A stretch of DNA of 64,000 bases from Candidatus Sabulitectum sp. (GCA_029938555.1 JAOZUR010000005.1:4966-68965); one strand, 5' to 3'; counted from the first letter of the stretch, positions 34,499 to 45,067 are shown. The notes: a model not told the origin generated them from the letters alone. Made by a program: numbers and translations.

Positions 34499-37400
34499 TT
34501 ATTCGCCACCGGACCAGTTCATTTTTGCCATCTGCTCGTAAAGATGGAAGCGTCTGTTAATGTCTATCTGTGCATTTGCCAGAAGCTTTTCAGCATGCTC
34601 AGGATTGCTGCGCATGAGTGAATTCCATCGACCTTCTGCCTCTGCAAACTTGTGGAAAGGAAGAGATGGTTTTTTGCTGTCAAGCTGAAGTGGAGATTCG
34701 CCCTTTTCAATCTTTCTAGGATCAAAACGGAAGAGAGGCCACATTCCACTATTCACTGCAAGTTTGTGTTCATCCATTCCCTTGGTCATGTTAATACCAT
34801 GGGCTATGCAATGACTGTATGCAATTATCAGGGATGGGCCGTCAAAGCTTTCAGCTTCATTAAATGCTTTTACAGTCTGGTTCCAATTGGCTCCCATTGC
34901 AACCTGAGCCACATAGATGTTGCCATAAGTCATACTGATCATGGCAAGATCCTTCTTTGGCATTGGTTTGCCTGCTGCTGCAAATTTAGCCACAGCGCCC
35001 ATAGGAGTTGCTTTTGAGCACTGGCCACCGGTATTTGAATAAACACCTGTATCTACAACCAGTACATTCACATTTCTACCCTGGGCAAGTACATGGTCAA
35101 GACCGCCGTAACCGATATCATAGGCCCAGCCATCTCCACCGATAACCCAGACAGATCGTGGAACAAAGTAATCAGCCAGTGAAACAAGCTGACGGGCTTG
35201 TGGTGTATCAATCTGCTCAAGAGCCTTTTTAAGGTACTCTACACGCTCGCGCTGCTGTGCAATATCAAGCTCTGTTGTAATGCTGGAATTAAGCAGACTG
35301 TCCACAAGATTTTCATCCAGTTTGTCTGCCAATCCATTAAGAAGCTCAGCAGCTGTTTCTGAATGTTTATCTGTTGTCAGGCGGAAACCGTAACCGAATT
35401 CAGCAGCATCTTCGAAAAGGCTGTTGTTCCATGCGGGTCCTCTGCCTGATGGATCCTGGGCGTAAGGCGTGGTAGGTAAATTTCCACCGTAGATTGATGA
35501 ACAACCTGTTGCGTTGGCAATAACTGCTCTGTCACCATAAAGCTGACTGAGAAGTTTAACGTAAGGAGTTTCTCCACAACCGGCACAAGCGCCACTGTAC
35601 TCAAACAGAGGTCTGAGTAACTGACTTTCCTTTACAGTTGCAAGATTTAGTTCTGTACGATCAAAATCTGGAATTTCAAGGAAGAACTTGTAGTTTTCTA
35701 CCTCATCGTGACGAAGAGCAGGCTGTGATTCCATATTGATTGCTTTTTTACCTTCAACAGCTTTGTTTCTAGCAGGGCAGGTATGAACGCAGGCTCCACA
35801 TCCTGTACAGTCTTCAGGTGCAATCTGATTGGTGTATGTGTAAGCTTTAAACTTAGCCTTACCGTCAGTTGACTTGAAGGTTTCAGGAGCATTCTCAAGC
35901 AATGCCTTATCATAGTATTTCATGCGGATAGCTGCGTGAGGGCAGACCAGGTTACAAAGACCACACTGAACACAAACCTCTGGATCCCATACAGGAATCT
36001 CTAAGGCTATGTTTCTTTTCTCCCACTGAGTTGTGGCTGTTGGCCATGTACCATCGTTAGGTATTGCGCTTACAGGAAGATCGTTACCACACTGTGCCAT
36101 GATTGTTGCTGTAACATTCTGAACGAATTCAGGAGCTTCAACAGGAACTACAGGTGGGATTGTTATATCACTGGTAATTTCTTTAGGATAATCTACTTCA
36201 TGAAGGTTTGCAAGAGCTTGATCAACAGCTATAAAGTTTTTCTGAACAACATCCTGCCCTTTTTTACCATAACTTTTTTCAATAGCACCTTTGATTTTTT
36301 CAATGGCTTCGTCTTTTTCAAGAACACCGCTGATTGCAAAAAAGCAGGTCTGCATGATGGTATTGATCATAACACCCATACCAGTGTCACCGGCTACTTT
36401 GTAAGCATCAATAACATAAAATACTAGTTCTTTTTCAATCATGTCTTTCTGGACCCTGCGAGGAAGGTTGTCCCAGATTTCATCACTGCTGAAAGGAGTA
36501 TTTAAAAGGAAAGTAGCACCTTTTGCAGCATACTTAAGAATATCGTACTTTTCAACGAATACAGTCTGATGACAGGCCACAAAATTAGCTTGGTCAATAA
36601 GACATGTACGCCTGATAGGATCTGGCCCGAAGCGCAGGTGACTTACAGTAAGAGCACCGGCTTTTTTGGAATCATAAACAAAGAAACCCTGAGCATAATT
36701 GTCAGTGGTTCCACCAATGATCTTGATGCTATTTTTGTTTGCACCAACAGTTCCATCGGAACCAAGACCCAGGAAAACTGCCTGGTGAAGACCTTTTGTT
36801 TCAAGAACAAACTCAGGAATTTCAATGTTGCTGTTTGTAAGGTCATCAATAATACCAACAGTGAAGTTATTCTTGAGTTCGCCTTTTGCATTATTGAAAA
36901 CACCAAGAACAGATGCTGGTGTAAACTCTTTACCTGAGAGGCCGTAACGACCACCCACAACTTTGATAGCAGATCTGCCTGCCACCCGTAGTGCTGTACA
37001 TACATCTTTGTACATAGGTTCACCATCGTTACCTGGTTCTTTTGTTCGGTCAAGTACGCTGATTGTTTTTACGCTTTCAGGAATTGCTGAAAGGAATGCA
37101 GAAGCATCAAAAGGACGATAAAGTCTGACTTTTAAAACGCCTACTTTTTCATCTTTTGCAACAAGGTGCTCTACAGTTTCATGGGTAACTTCACAGGCAG
37201 AACCCATAAGAATGATAATGTGCTCAGCATCAGGGGCACCAACATAATCAAATAAATGGTAGTGTCGGCCGGTAAGTTTACCGAATAAATCCATGTATTC
37301 CTGTACTATTGCAGGTGCAGCATCATAATATGGATTAACACTTTCGCGGCCCTGGAAGTAAACATCTGGGTTCTGACTTGTTCCGCGAACTACAGGACGA

Positions 37401-38032
37401 TTTGGGTTAAGCCCTCTGTTCCTGTGAGCAAATACAAGTTCATCATCAATCATTTCAGAAAGAACTGAATCATCAAGTGCTTCAGATTTCTGAATTTCAT
37501 GGCTTGTTCTAAAACCATCAAAAAAGTGCACGAATGGAATACGACTTTTAAGGGTAGCTGCGTGTGCAATAGCGGAAAGATCAGTTACTTCCTGAACACT
37601 TGCACTGGAAAGAAGACCGAAACCTGTGTTTCTTACAGCCATCACATCACTGTGATCACCAAAAATTGAGAGTGCCTGGGCTGCAAGGCTTCGTGCTGCA
37701 ACATGGAACACGGTAGGGGTAAGTTCTCCTGCAATTTTGTACATTGTAGGGATCATTAGAAGGAGACCCTGACTTGCAGTGAAGGTTGTAGTAAGAGCGC
37801 CTGTTTGAAGGGCTCCATGTACAGCAGCGGAAGCTCCGCCTTCGCTCTGCATTTCCTGTACCAGAGGAATGGTTCCCCAGATATTTTTCTGTCCTGCTGC
37901 TGACCATGTGTCACTATGCTCGCCCATTGGGCTTGAAGGAGTAATGGGGTAAATCGCCACTACTTCACTAAGCTTGTGAGCGACACGCGCGGCAGCTTCA
38001 TTACCGTCAATAGTTATCATCTGTCTGCTCAT
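34499..38032 (-). CDS. nifJ: Pyruvate:ferredoxin (flavodoxin) oxidoreductase, single-polypeptide form
   Basis: 1177 aa. Ferredoxin domain CVQCGLCNLVCPHAAI / CTGCGACVHTCP. TPP motif GGDGWAYDIGYGGLDHV. Canonical N-terminus IDGNEAAARVAH. Confidence 0.95.
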   Translation of the reverse strand: MSRQMITIDGNEAAARVAHKLSEVVAIYPITPSSPMGEHSDTWSAAGQKNIWGTIPLVQEMQSEGGASAAVHGALQTGALTTTFTASQGLLLMIPTMYKIAGELTPTVFHVAARSLAAQALSIFGDHSDVMAVRNTGFGLLSSASVQEVTDLSAIAHAATLKSRIPFVHFFDGFRTSHEIQKSEALDDSVLSEMIDDELVFAHRNRGLNPNRPVVRGTSQNPDVYFQGRESVNPYYDAAPAIVQEYMDLFGKLTGRHYHLFDYVGAPDAEHIIILMGSACEVTHETVEHLVAKDEKVGVLKVRLYRPFDASAFLSAIPESVKTISVLDRTKEPGNDGEPMYKDVCTALRVAGRSAIKVVGGRYGLSGKEFTPASVLGVFNNAKGELKNNFTVGIIDDLTNSNIEIPEFVLETKGLHQAVFLGLGSDGTVGANKNSIKIIGGTTDNYAQGFFVYDSKKAGALTVSHLRFGPDPIRRTCLIDQANFVACHQTVFVEKYDILKYAAKGATFLLNTPFSSDEIWDNLPRRVQKDMIEKELVFYVIDAYKVAGDTGMGVMINTIMQTCFFAISGVLEKDEAIEKIKGAIEKSYGKKGQDVVQKNFIAVDQALANLHEVDYPKEITSDITIPPVVPVEAPEFVQNVTATIMAQCGNDLPVSAIPNDGTWPTATTQWEKRNIALEIPVWDPEVCVQCGLCNLVCPHAAIRMKYYDKALLENAPETFKSTDGKAKFKAYTYTNQIAPEDCTGCGACVHTCPARNKAVEGKKAINMESQPALRHDEVENYKFFLEIPDFDRTELNLATVKESQLLRPLFEYSGACAGCGETPYVKLLSQLYGDRAVIANATGCSSIYGGNLPTTPYAQDPSGRGPAWNNSLFEDAAEFGYGFRLTTDKHSETAAELLNGLADKLDENLVDSLLNSSITTELDIAQQRERVEYLKKALEQIDTPQARQLVSLADYFVPRSVWVIGGDGWAYDIGYGGLDHVLAQGRNVNVLVVDTGVYSNTGGQCSKATPMGAVAKFAAAGKPMPKKDLAMISMTYGNIYVAQVAMGANWNQTVKAFNEAESFDGPSLIIAYSHCIAHGINMTKGMDEHKLAVNSGMWPLFRFDPRKIEKGESPLQLDSKKPSLPFHKFAEAEGRWNSLMRSNPEHAEKLLANAQIDINRRFHLYEQMAKMNWSGGE

Positions 38033-38066
38033 AATTACCAGCTTTCGCTAAGGTTATAAAACATTA

Positions 38067-39449
38067 CTAATACATCTTGCCAAAGGTTCTTGGGAAGGGT
38101 ACTACATCTCTGATGTTATCCATTCCCGTTAAGTACATCAAAAGTCTTTCGAAACCAAGGCCAAAACCGGAGTGCGGTGCAGTGCCCCAGCGTCTGAGTT
38201 CCATGTACCATTTGTAGGTTTCCATATCAAGACCCTGTTCAATAGCTCTTTTTTCAAGCAGAGGTAACCTGTGTTCCCTCTGACTACCACCAACAAGTTC
38301 GCCTACTCCAGGAGCCAGAAGGTCGCAGGCACGAACTGTTTTTCCATCATCATTTACATACATATAAAAAGGTTTCATGGATGCAGGATAATCAATTACA
38401 AAAACGGGTTTTCCAAAATGCTCTTCTGCAAGAAATCTTTCGTGCTCAGTGGCAAGATCATCACCCCACTGAGGGATTGTATCGAATTTTTTCTTAGCTG
38501 ACTGAATAATCTTTATCGCTTCTGTATACGTTACTCTGCCAAAGTCATTTTCAAGAAGAGATTTGTACCTGGCCAGTAGGCTTTTTTCAAAAAACTTAGA
38601 GAAGAAAGTTATGTCATCATTGCATTTTTCCAAAAGATATGATGCAGTGTACTTAACAAATTTCTCAATCAAATCAAGGTTATCTTCCAGATCGAAAAAT
38701 GCCATTTCAGGTTCAAGCATCCAGAATTCAGCTCCATGAATTCTAGTATCAGACGGGTCAGCACGAAAAGTGGGGCCAAAAGTATATACTTTGCCAAGTG
38801 ACAGTGCAAATGGTTCTGCTTCAAGCTGTCCGCTTACTGTCAGAAATGCTTTTTTCTTGAAGTAGTCTTTGCTGTAGTCAGCTTTGCCGTCTTTAACTGG
38901 AAGTTTATCAAGTGGGAGAGTTGTTAACTGAAAAGTTTCGCCAGCGCCCTCACAATCACTTTCAGTAATGAAAGGTGTATGTATATTGAAGAATCCATTG
39001 TCATCAAAAAATCTGTGAACTGCCATTGAAATATGATGACTGACCCTGAAAACACTGCCAAAAGTGTTTGTTCTGGATCTTAAATGGGGTTTTGTTCGAA
39101 GAAATTCAAGCGAATGTCTTTTTTTCTGTAGAGGGTATTCTTCATCAACAGAACCAATGATTTCAAGTTCAGCAGCAGCGATTTCAACTGATTGTTCTTT
39201 CCCCTGACTTTCAACAACACAACCAGTGACACAGATGCAGACACCGGTGAGTAAAGAGGATAGTATTTCAGTTGAAAACAATTCGCGATCAAAAACAACC
39301 TGTAAATTATTATTTGTTGATCCATCATTCAGAGCAGCGAAAGTTACACTTTTGCCTTTTCGAGCAGTTTTCACCCAGCCGTAAATTGTTACAGTGTCGC
39401 CGGTATGAGCTCCGCCCAGAATCGAATCAATTTTGTTTCGACGGATCAT
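38067..39449 (-). CDS. asnS: Asparagine--tRNA ligase
   Basis: 460 aa class IIb. GWVKTAR....FAALNDGS....LQVV anticodon-binding N-terminus. Motif 2 FGPTFRAD.S.T..H.AEFWMLEPEMAF. C-terminus GFGLGFERL...VVPFPR. Confidence 0.8.
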   Translation of the reverse strand: MIRRNKIDSILGGAHTGDTVTIYGWVKTARKGKSVTFAALNDGSTNNNLQVVFDRELFSTEILSSLLTGVCICVTGCVVESQGKEQSVEIAAAELEIIGSVDEEYPLQKKRHSLEFLRTKPHLRSRTNTFGSVFRVSHHISMAVHRFFDDNGFFNIHTPFITESDCEGAGETFQLTTLPLDKLPVKDGKADYSKDYFKKKAFLTVSGQLEAEPFALSLGKVYTFGPTFRADPSDTRIHGAEFWMLEPEMAFFDLEDNLDLIEKFVKYTASYLLEKCNDDITFFSKFFEKSLLARYKSLLENDFGRVTYTEAIKIIQSAKKKFDTIPQWGDDLATEHERFLAEEHFGKPVFVIDYPASMKPFYMYVNDDGKTVRACDLLAPGVGELVGGSQREHRLPLLEKRAIEQGLDMETYKWYMELRRWGTAPHSGFGLGFERLLMYLTGMDNIRDVVPFPRTFGKMY

Positions 39450-39563
39450 TCTGGAACCTCCAAGTAGATAATTAAACTAATAGTGGGAGAATCGCTAATC
39501 TACAAAGAAAGGGCTTCAGAGTCCACTAATCCCACAGAAAATGAAGTAGTGATTTTATTATGT

Positions 39564-39597
39564 AAAAAGAACCTGCCGGTAATTTTCCAGCAGGTTC
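39564..39597 (-). terminator. Rho-independent terminator (minus strand)
   Basis: On the minus strand: GAACCTGC-N13-GCAGGTTC followed by TTTTT. It lies about 185 nt downstream of the radical SAM stop (39782) and upstream of the asnS promoter region. Confidence 0.6.
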
Positions 39598-39781
39598 CCT
39601 TTGTGACACAAACTATTGAAAGGGTGTTCATATTGAAAGGAGGGATTTCTTTGTGAACACTCCCTTATATTCAAGTATATGGAAATTGTTCCAGTTACTT
39701 AGGAGGAGGCGATACTGGTGATTTGTTTCAGCCATGGAGTGCATAAAAGAATTTGGATTTCTGAATGTTAAGTTGTAAAGA

Positions 39782-40741
39782 TTAAAGAATACTTGATTTC
39801 TGTATAAACGGTATGTCTTCCATGGTATAACCGAGATCTTTGCCTTGCCATGAATCTCTGTACATCAGTTCCCGCCTTACTCTGTTCATTACTGCAAGTT
39901 TGTTAATGGCCCATTCAGGGGCAACTAGCATTCTTGGAGGGGCTTCTCCTGTGACCCGTTGAATAACTACCTCTGGTCTTATTCGCTGGATGAAATCAGC
40001 AGCAAGTTCTGCATATTCACTTCTGCTAATTAGATCGAATTCATTGTTTTTGTGTAACTCAGCAAGTTTTGTGTTTTTTATTATGTGCAGGTTTTGAAGT
40101 TTCACACCAGCTGTACCTGATTTGTTCACGAATTCAGCTGTCGCCAGAGTCTCTTGTTTTGATTCTCCGGGAAACCCAAGAATTACGTGGGCTGCTGTTC
40201 TTATTCCCCGGTTATGAAGTTTTTCAAAAGCCTTTTCTGAATCGTAAACTGTATGCCCGCGGTTCATCCGAAGAAGGGTTAGATCACAACTGCTTTGAAC
40301 ACCAAGTTCCACCCATACAAAAGTTTCCTGAGATAAATCTTTAAGAAGGTCCATTACATCGTCACTTATGCTGTCAGGTCTTGTGCATAAAGATAACCCT
40401 CTGATACCGGGAAAATTTAGAGCTTCTCTGTACATAATTTCAAGACTTTTTACATCTTTGTATGTTGTGGTGTAATCCTGAAAGTAAGCAAGGAAATTGT
40501 CAGTTTCGTGTCTTTCTCTAACGTATTCAGTGGCCAGTTCCAACTGTTGAGTCACGGTCATTCCAGGTTTGTAGTGTTTGGGTTCACTTCCTTCTGGATT
40601 GCAAAAAACACAACCTTCTGTGCCTTTTGAACCATCTCTTGTGGGGCAGGTAAAACCTCCGGCAATGCTTACTTTGTATACTTTTTCGCCAAAAGTATTC
40701 CTGAAAAAAGCGTTAAGACTGTGATATCTGTTTTTATTCAA
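39782..40741 (-). CDS. TIGR01212-family radical SAM protein (YhcC-like)
   Basis: TTG start. GGFTCPTRDGSKGTEGCVFCN near the N-terminus, preceded by YHSLNAFFRNTFGEKVYKVSI, is characteristic of this family. Confidence 0.75.
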   Translation of the reverse strand: MNKNRYHSLNAFFRNTFGEKVYKVSIAGGFTCPTRDGSKGTEGCVFCNPEGSEPKHYKPGMTVTQQLELATEYVRERHETDNFLAYFQDYTTTYKDVKSLEIMYREALNFPGIRGLSLCTRPDSISDDVMDLLKDLSQETFVWVELGVQSSCDLTLLRMNRGHTVYDSEKAFEKLHNRGIRTAAHVILGFPGESKQETLATAEFVNKSGTAGVKLQNLHIIKNTKLAELHKNNEFDLISRSEYAELAADFIQRIRPEVVIQRVTGEAPPRMLVAPEWAINKLAVMNRVRRELMYRDSWQGKDLGYTMEDIPFIQKSSIL

Positions 40742-40820
40742 TTTTAACTCTTTTCTCTTTTCTAAGATGTAATTTTGCTGTGCCTATCTACTGTAATGAT
40801 CTGCGAATTATAATAAACAC

Positions 40821-41615
40821 ATGGAAAAAGCAGCAGAAGTATTTTTTGAGCACTTTGGCCTGATCCCAGGCAACAGTGCTGCAGACATTTACAAAATAGG
40901 TGAGGTTTTTGCAGAAATCCCCTGGGAGAACTTGACCAAATTTCTTCTAAAAGCCACAGGTAGTAATAATCCCAGGCTGGCAGAAGAGGTCATGTCAGAT
41001 CATGTTCATTCTGGAACCGGTGGTACTTGCTATTCTCTCACAGAAACACTTGGCTGCATTGTTTCAGCTTGCGGTTTTTCCGCAAGACCTCTCACCGGTC
41101 ACATGAATCATGGCCGTAATATTCATTGTGCTTTGTTGGTGGAAGGCAAGGCGGGTAGGTTCATTCTTGATCCAGGTTATGTTGTACCAGGTGCGGTGAA
41201 ACTTTCAGATTCAGGTATTGGTGAAATTGAAACTGCAGGTCGAAAAATGATTTGGACTCCAGTTTCTGGTGGTTGGCAACTGTTTACCATAGAGAATCAA
41301 CAAAAGCAGCTTCGGTATAAACTTGATTCCCGTATTCTTTCAAGAACTGAGTTTCTAAAATACTGGATTGAATCATTTGAGTCTTCAGGATTGAATAGTC
41401 TTTACTTGAATAGAACTGGTTCTCTCGGCGGACGAGTCAGTGCGCATAATGAAAACCTTCGAATAATAGGAGATTCAGGTAAAAAGAATCTCAAAATAAA
41501 AAGTGATTATTCTAAAAAAATAAAGGAAACTTTCGGAATCTCCACAGATATTTCAAACGCAGCATGGGTCGAGTTGCAAAAACAAAGGGAAAATAGAAAC
41601 AATGTCTCTTCCTGA
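40821..41615 (+). CDS. Arylamine N-acetyltransferase-like (Cys-His-Asp fold) protein
   Basis: GGTCYSLTE (Cys), NIHCALLVE (His) and FILDPGY (Asp) have the order and spacing of the NAT triad. Confidence 0.5.
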   Translation: MEKAAEVFFEHFGLIPGNSAADIYKIGEVFAEIPWENLTKFLLKATGSNNPRLAEEVMSDHVHSGTGGTCYSLTETLGCIVSACGFSARPLTGHMNHGRNIHCALLVEGKAGRFILDPGYVVPGAVKLSDSGIGEIETAGRKMIWTPVSGGWQLFTIENQQKQLRYKLDSRILSRTEFLKYWIESFESSGLNSLYLNRTGSLGGRVSAHNENLRIIGDSGKKNLKIKSDYSKKIKETFGISTDISNAAWVELQKQRENRNNVSS

Positions 41616-42189
41616 GAATTTCCCACTTGTGATGGCTGTAGTCAGCGTTCTTTATGGTGATTCTGAGAGTCTTAAACAGGCTGTACATCATCTTCAATTA
41701 CAGTTCGGTGAACTTGTTCTTTTCAGTGAGTCGTTTCCATTTGATAAATCAGATTATTATCAAGCTGAAATGGGGACTTCGATTCGCAGGGTTTGGTTGT
41801 GTTTTGCCCCTCTTTGTGATCCTTCAGAGTTACCTGCCTGGAAGGAAAAATGTATCATTTTGGAAGATCAGTTAAGTAATAATGGTAAAAGACTTGTTAA
41901 TATTGACCCTGGATATCTGGATCATGGGAAACTAGTTCTTGCAAGCTGCAAAGCTGCTCCTGATAAAATTTACATGGGCAGAGGTATTTTTGCCCATATC
42001 TGCTTAAGGTACAAAAAAGGCGACTTTCATGGGCCAGAACACAGTTTTGCAGACTTCATAGATGGAAGATTTGATAAATTTTTCCGGTCTGCCAAGCAAT
42101 TGCTGCGAAAACTTCTTAAAGCAGATCCACGCTTGCAAGAGCCGCCATTGCAGGTTCCAATTCCTGGTCAGACAGACATCCGAAGCTAA
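41602..42189 (+). CDS. DUF4416-family protein
   Basis: FPFDKSDYYQAEMG...RLVNIDPGYLDHGKLVLASCKAAPDKIYMGRGIFAHICLRY..GDF matches my recollection of DUF4416. It overlaps the upstream gene by 14 nt and the convergent aminotransferase gene by 74 nt. Confidence 0.55.
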   Translation: MSLPENFPLVMAVVSVLYGDSESLKQAVHHLQLQFGELVLFSESFPFDKSDYYQAEMGTSIRRVWLCFAPLCDPSELPAWKEKCIILEDQLSNNGKRLVNIDPGYLDHGKLVLASCKAAPDKIYMGRGIFAHICLRYKKGDFHGPEHSFADFIDGRFDKFFRSAKQLLRKLLKADPRLQEPPLQVPIPGQTDIRS

Positions 42190-43279
42190 ATCTTAGATGA
42201 TGTTTACCTGTTTCACCAAAAGCATCACCTGGTATGGTAGCAATGGCATAATTTTCGATTAGATGATCCGCAAGTGCATAAGAGTCAAATTCATCAGGTA
42301 TTTGGGCCAGAGTAAAAAACCCACCACCAGCTTCTTTCCACTGAAGCCCTTTTGATTTATTCATGGCATCTTTGCACAAATCCAGACGATGTTTTACCTC
42401 TAGTGATCTTTTTTCAACCCATCCATTTAGCTTTAAACAGTGTTCTAACAGAATTTGTCCAGGAGTGGAGGGGCAGATAACAACAGAGTCTTGAATTTTT
42501 AGAGCTTGTTCAAGAAGGTAGTCTGCGCCGAATAGGTAACCAAGTCTCCAGCCTGAGAGGCTGAAGCTTTTCGAAAAACTACCAAGAGTTAATACATGTT
42601 CCTGATTTGTTTCCATCCATGGGTGGAATGTGCTTCCTGTGAAATTAAATCGTTCATAGGTTTCATCGATTATAAGAACACAGTTATTTTCCCCGGTAAG
42701 TTTAACGATTCTTCTGATCTCTTCTTCTGTTAAAACTGCTCCAGTGGGATTGCCTGGATTAACCAGAACCATCACTTTTGCATCGGGAATTCGTTCTTCA
42801 AGTTTTTCCCATGGTAAACTCCAACCGGCATCTTCAACCATGGGAATTGAGTCAAGCTCTAGATTAGAAAACTGAATAGCAAAAACATGATCGAAATAAT
42901 ATGGTTCCAGCACTATGACTCTGTCACCTGGGTCTGCCACAGCCATTAACGCAGAAACAAAAGCCTGACTTGCACCGCACGTAAGGTGGAGTTCTGAAGC
43001 TGGATTGATACTTAAATTTCTTCTTTTTTTCATATCTTCAGTTAAGGCAGTTCTTGTGGATAGTAATCCTGGATCAGGGCTGTAGAAATGAAAACCTTTT
43101 TTACCCATGTTGTTTTTTAACAAGTTGACTGATTCCTGTGGAGGTGAATACCACGGAACAGCTTGAGCCATGGAATATATTTCTTCATGGTTTTCTCTCA
43201 TTGTTCGAACCTTGTTCATAATTGAGTGGATTGGAGGCATGTGAATCTGAGTAGTTCTTTTGGACATCTTAGGTGACAT
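42116..43279 (-). CDS. Class I/II pyridoxal-phosphate-dependent aminotransferase
   Basis: NPGNPTG, IIDETY, and the PLP-lysine motif SFSKSFSLSGWRLGY. Confidence 0.8.
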   Translation of the reverse strand: MSPKMSKRTTQIHMPPIHSIMNKVRTMRENHEEIYSMAQAVPWYSPPQESVNLLKNNMGKKGFHFYSPDPGLLSTRTALTEDMKKRRNLSINPASELHLTCGASQAFVSALMAVADPGDRVIVLEPYYFDHVFAIQFSNLELDSIPMVEDAGWSLPWEKLEERIPDAKVMVLVNPGNPTGAVLTEEEIRRIVKLTGENNCVLIIDETYERFNFTGSTFHPWMETNQEHVLTLGSFSKSFSLSGWRLGYLFGADYLLEQALKIQDSVVICPSTPGQILLEHCLKLNGWVEKRSLEVKHRLDLCKDAMNKSKGLQWKEAGGGFFTLAQIPDEFDSYALADHLIENYAIATIPGDAFGETGKHHLRFSFGCLSDQELEPAMAALASVDLL

Positions 43280-43353
43280 CTGATTCCCCTTTTTCTTGCA
43301 GTTTCAGTTTCTTGATAAATGATTTATAAAAGGAGGAGACAAGAAGGGAAAGA

Positions 43354-44226
43354 ATGAGAATTATTGTAACATCCAGTTGTGACATTCAGAATGCCGAAAG
43401 ACTTAGCCAGGTACTGTTATTGGCCGGTCATGAGGTGCTTTTTCAGCCCAATGAAAATGTTAACAGTTTTCAGCCGGATGTGGTTATATGTTTTGGAAGA
43501 CCTATGGTTGTTCCCGGTTCATTTCATGTTCAGGTTGTGCGGTGGGCATTAGAATCTGTTCAGAATGAAGCTGATTTTTATGTTTTTTCGAACAAGTCAA
43601 ATGTTCCTCTTCTTTTTGAAAAAAGATATGCTGTGATTCCTTTTGCTGTAGATACAAATAAATTTTGCCCATGTTCTGTTTCAAACTCAAAAACCATAAT
43701 TGCCCTTGGGAAACTAAATCCTGCAAAAGGCCATAAAACTCTTATTCAAGCCATGACATTGGTTGATGAAAAGATCACAGCAGTTATTGCAGGCCAGGAA
43801 GATTTTTATACAATTGAACAGATGTCAGATTTTGCAGAATTAATGGGGGTAAAGCATCGTATTTCTTTTCCAGGAAAAGTCGGAGATGTAAACTCTTTGT
43901 TAAATAGTGCATCTGTGGGCATTGTCACCAGTCTTGGGAATCAGCAGGTTTCAAATGCGGCAATGGAGATAATGTCTTCAGGAATCCCTTTACTGGCCGC
44001 AGCAACTGGGGGGTTGTGTGATCTAGTGATTGACGGAGTTACTGGCCTTATTCATTCACCTGGAAACTGGAGGCAGCTAGCCGGGCAGATAAATCATATA
44101 ATGACAAATCATGGGCTTGCAGATGAGTTGTCTGTAAATGCCAGAAATTATTGTGAAAAACATCTTTCTTTTAACACAGTTGGAAAGATGTGGACTCAGC
44201 TTTTGGAACAACTTTGCTTTTCTTGA
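43354..44226 (+). CDS. Glycosyltransferase (GT-B, family 4-like; short N-terminal half)
   Basis: The C-terminal half has GKL.P.KG...LI.A, FPG...D....L..A, ...S..E..SNA.MEIMSSG.PL.AA..GG..DLV.DG.TG, the GT4 EX7E-region pattern. Confidence 0.65.
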   Translation: MRIIVTSSCDIQNAERLSQVLLLAGHEVLFQPNENVNSFQPDVVICFGRPMVVPGSFHVQVVRWALESVQNEADFYVFSNKSNVPLLFEKRYAVIPFAVDTNKFCPCSVSNSKTIIALGKLNPAKGHKTLIQAMTLVDEKITAVIAGQEDFYTIEQMSDFAELMGVKHRISFPGKVGDVNSLLNSASVGIVTSLGNQQVSNAAMEIMSSGIPLLAAATGGLCDLVIDGVTGLIHSPGNWRQLAGQINHIMTNHGLADELSVNARNYCEKHLSFNTVGKMWTQLLEQLCFS

Positions 44227-44263
44227 TGTACATATTGTTAAGACTTATTAGAAAGGAAGAATT

Positions 44264-45067
44264 ATGAAACTAACAGTAATACTTTTAATTGGTGTGGTGG
44301 TCTCAAGCTTTGCTTATGGTTCAATCTGGGATTGGGGTGAGTATTCCAGGCGTTTTGTAGAAAATACTACTTGGGGTCCAGGCGAAAGATTGGTTTTTAG
44401 TGTAGAATACGGAATAATTAAAGCTGGAACTGCAACTCTTAGCGTTACTGGACCTGTGAGCCATAATGGTCTTCTTGCATATCAAATAACTGCTGAAGCT
44501 AGTTCCAATCCGGCTTTCAGTAGCTTTTTTGAAGTTAGAGATGTAAATGAAGCTCTTTTAGACATAGTGCAACTTCATTCTCTGACATATATGAAAAGCA
44601 TTCAAGAGGGTGACTATTCCAGTAGTGAAGAAATGTATTTTGATCAAGAAGCTGGAATTGCGTATTACCCCGAAGAGAATAATCCTGAACTTGCAGAAAT
44701 GGCTATTCCTCCCCATTCGCTGGATGTTTTGAGTGCTTTTTATTATGCGCGTATTCAAAACCTTGAACCTGGTGGAAATTTTTCAATTGATGTTCATGTG
44801 GATAACGATAATTATCCTATGGAAGTACTTGTGCTTGACAGAGAGAGAATTCGCACAAGAGCAGGCAGTTTCGACTGTATTCAATTACAACCGGTTCTTC
44901 GAGGTGATGGTATTTTTAAACAGCAGGGTGAAATTTTTATATGGGTCACAGATGACGAAAGACATATGCCTGTTCTAATGAGTGCATCAATTATAATTGG
45001 TGAGATTACATGTATGCTTGAGGACTATACACTTGGAACACCACTGGAAGTAGAGAACCCATTTTAA
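44264..45067 (+). CDS. DUF3108-family exported protein
   Basis: Signal peptide, then GERLVFSVEYGIIKAGTATLSV... and a beta-rich remainder typical of DUF3108. Confidence 0.5.
   Translation: MKLTVILLIGVVVSSFAYGSIWDWGEYSRRFVENTTWGPGERLVFSVEYGIIKAGTATLSVTGPVSHNGLLAYQITAEASSNPAFSSFFEVRDVNEALLDIVQLHSLTYMKSIQEGDYSSSEEMYFDQEAGIAYYPEENNPELAEMAIPPHSLDVLSAFYYARIQNLEPGGNFSIDVHVDNDNYPMEVLVLDRERIRTRAGSFDCIQLQPVLRGDGIFKQQGEIFIWVTDDERHMPVLMSASIIIGEITCMLEDYTLGTPLEVENPF

Noticed and set aside
39450-39563. T-box leader upstream of asnS
   Set aside because: The leader is only ~110 nt. It lacks a recognisable T-box sequence or specifier-loop architecture, and the terminator at 39564-39597 belongs to the upstream gene.
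39598-39781. Small ORFs or structured RNA in the 185-nt spacer between the radical SAM stop and its terminator
   Set aside because: There is a 22-codon GTG ORF on the plus strand (39653-39721, MNTPLYSSIWKLFQLLRRRRYW) behind AAAGGAGGG, a 38-codon minus-strand ORF without an SD, and an imperfect long hairpin (39621-39665). There is no independent support for any of them, and they are too short to judge by composition.
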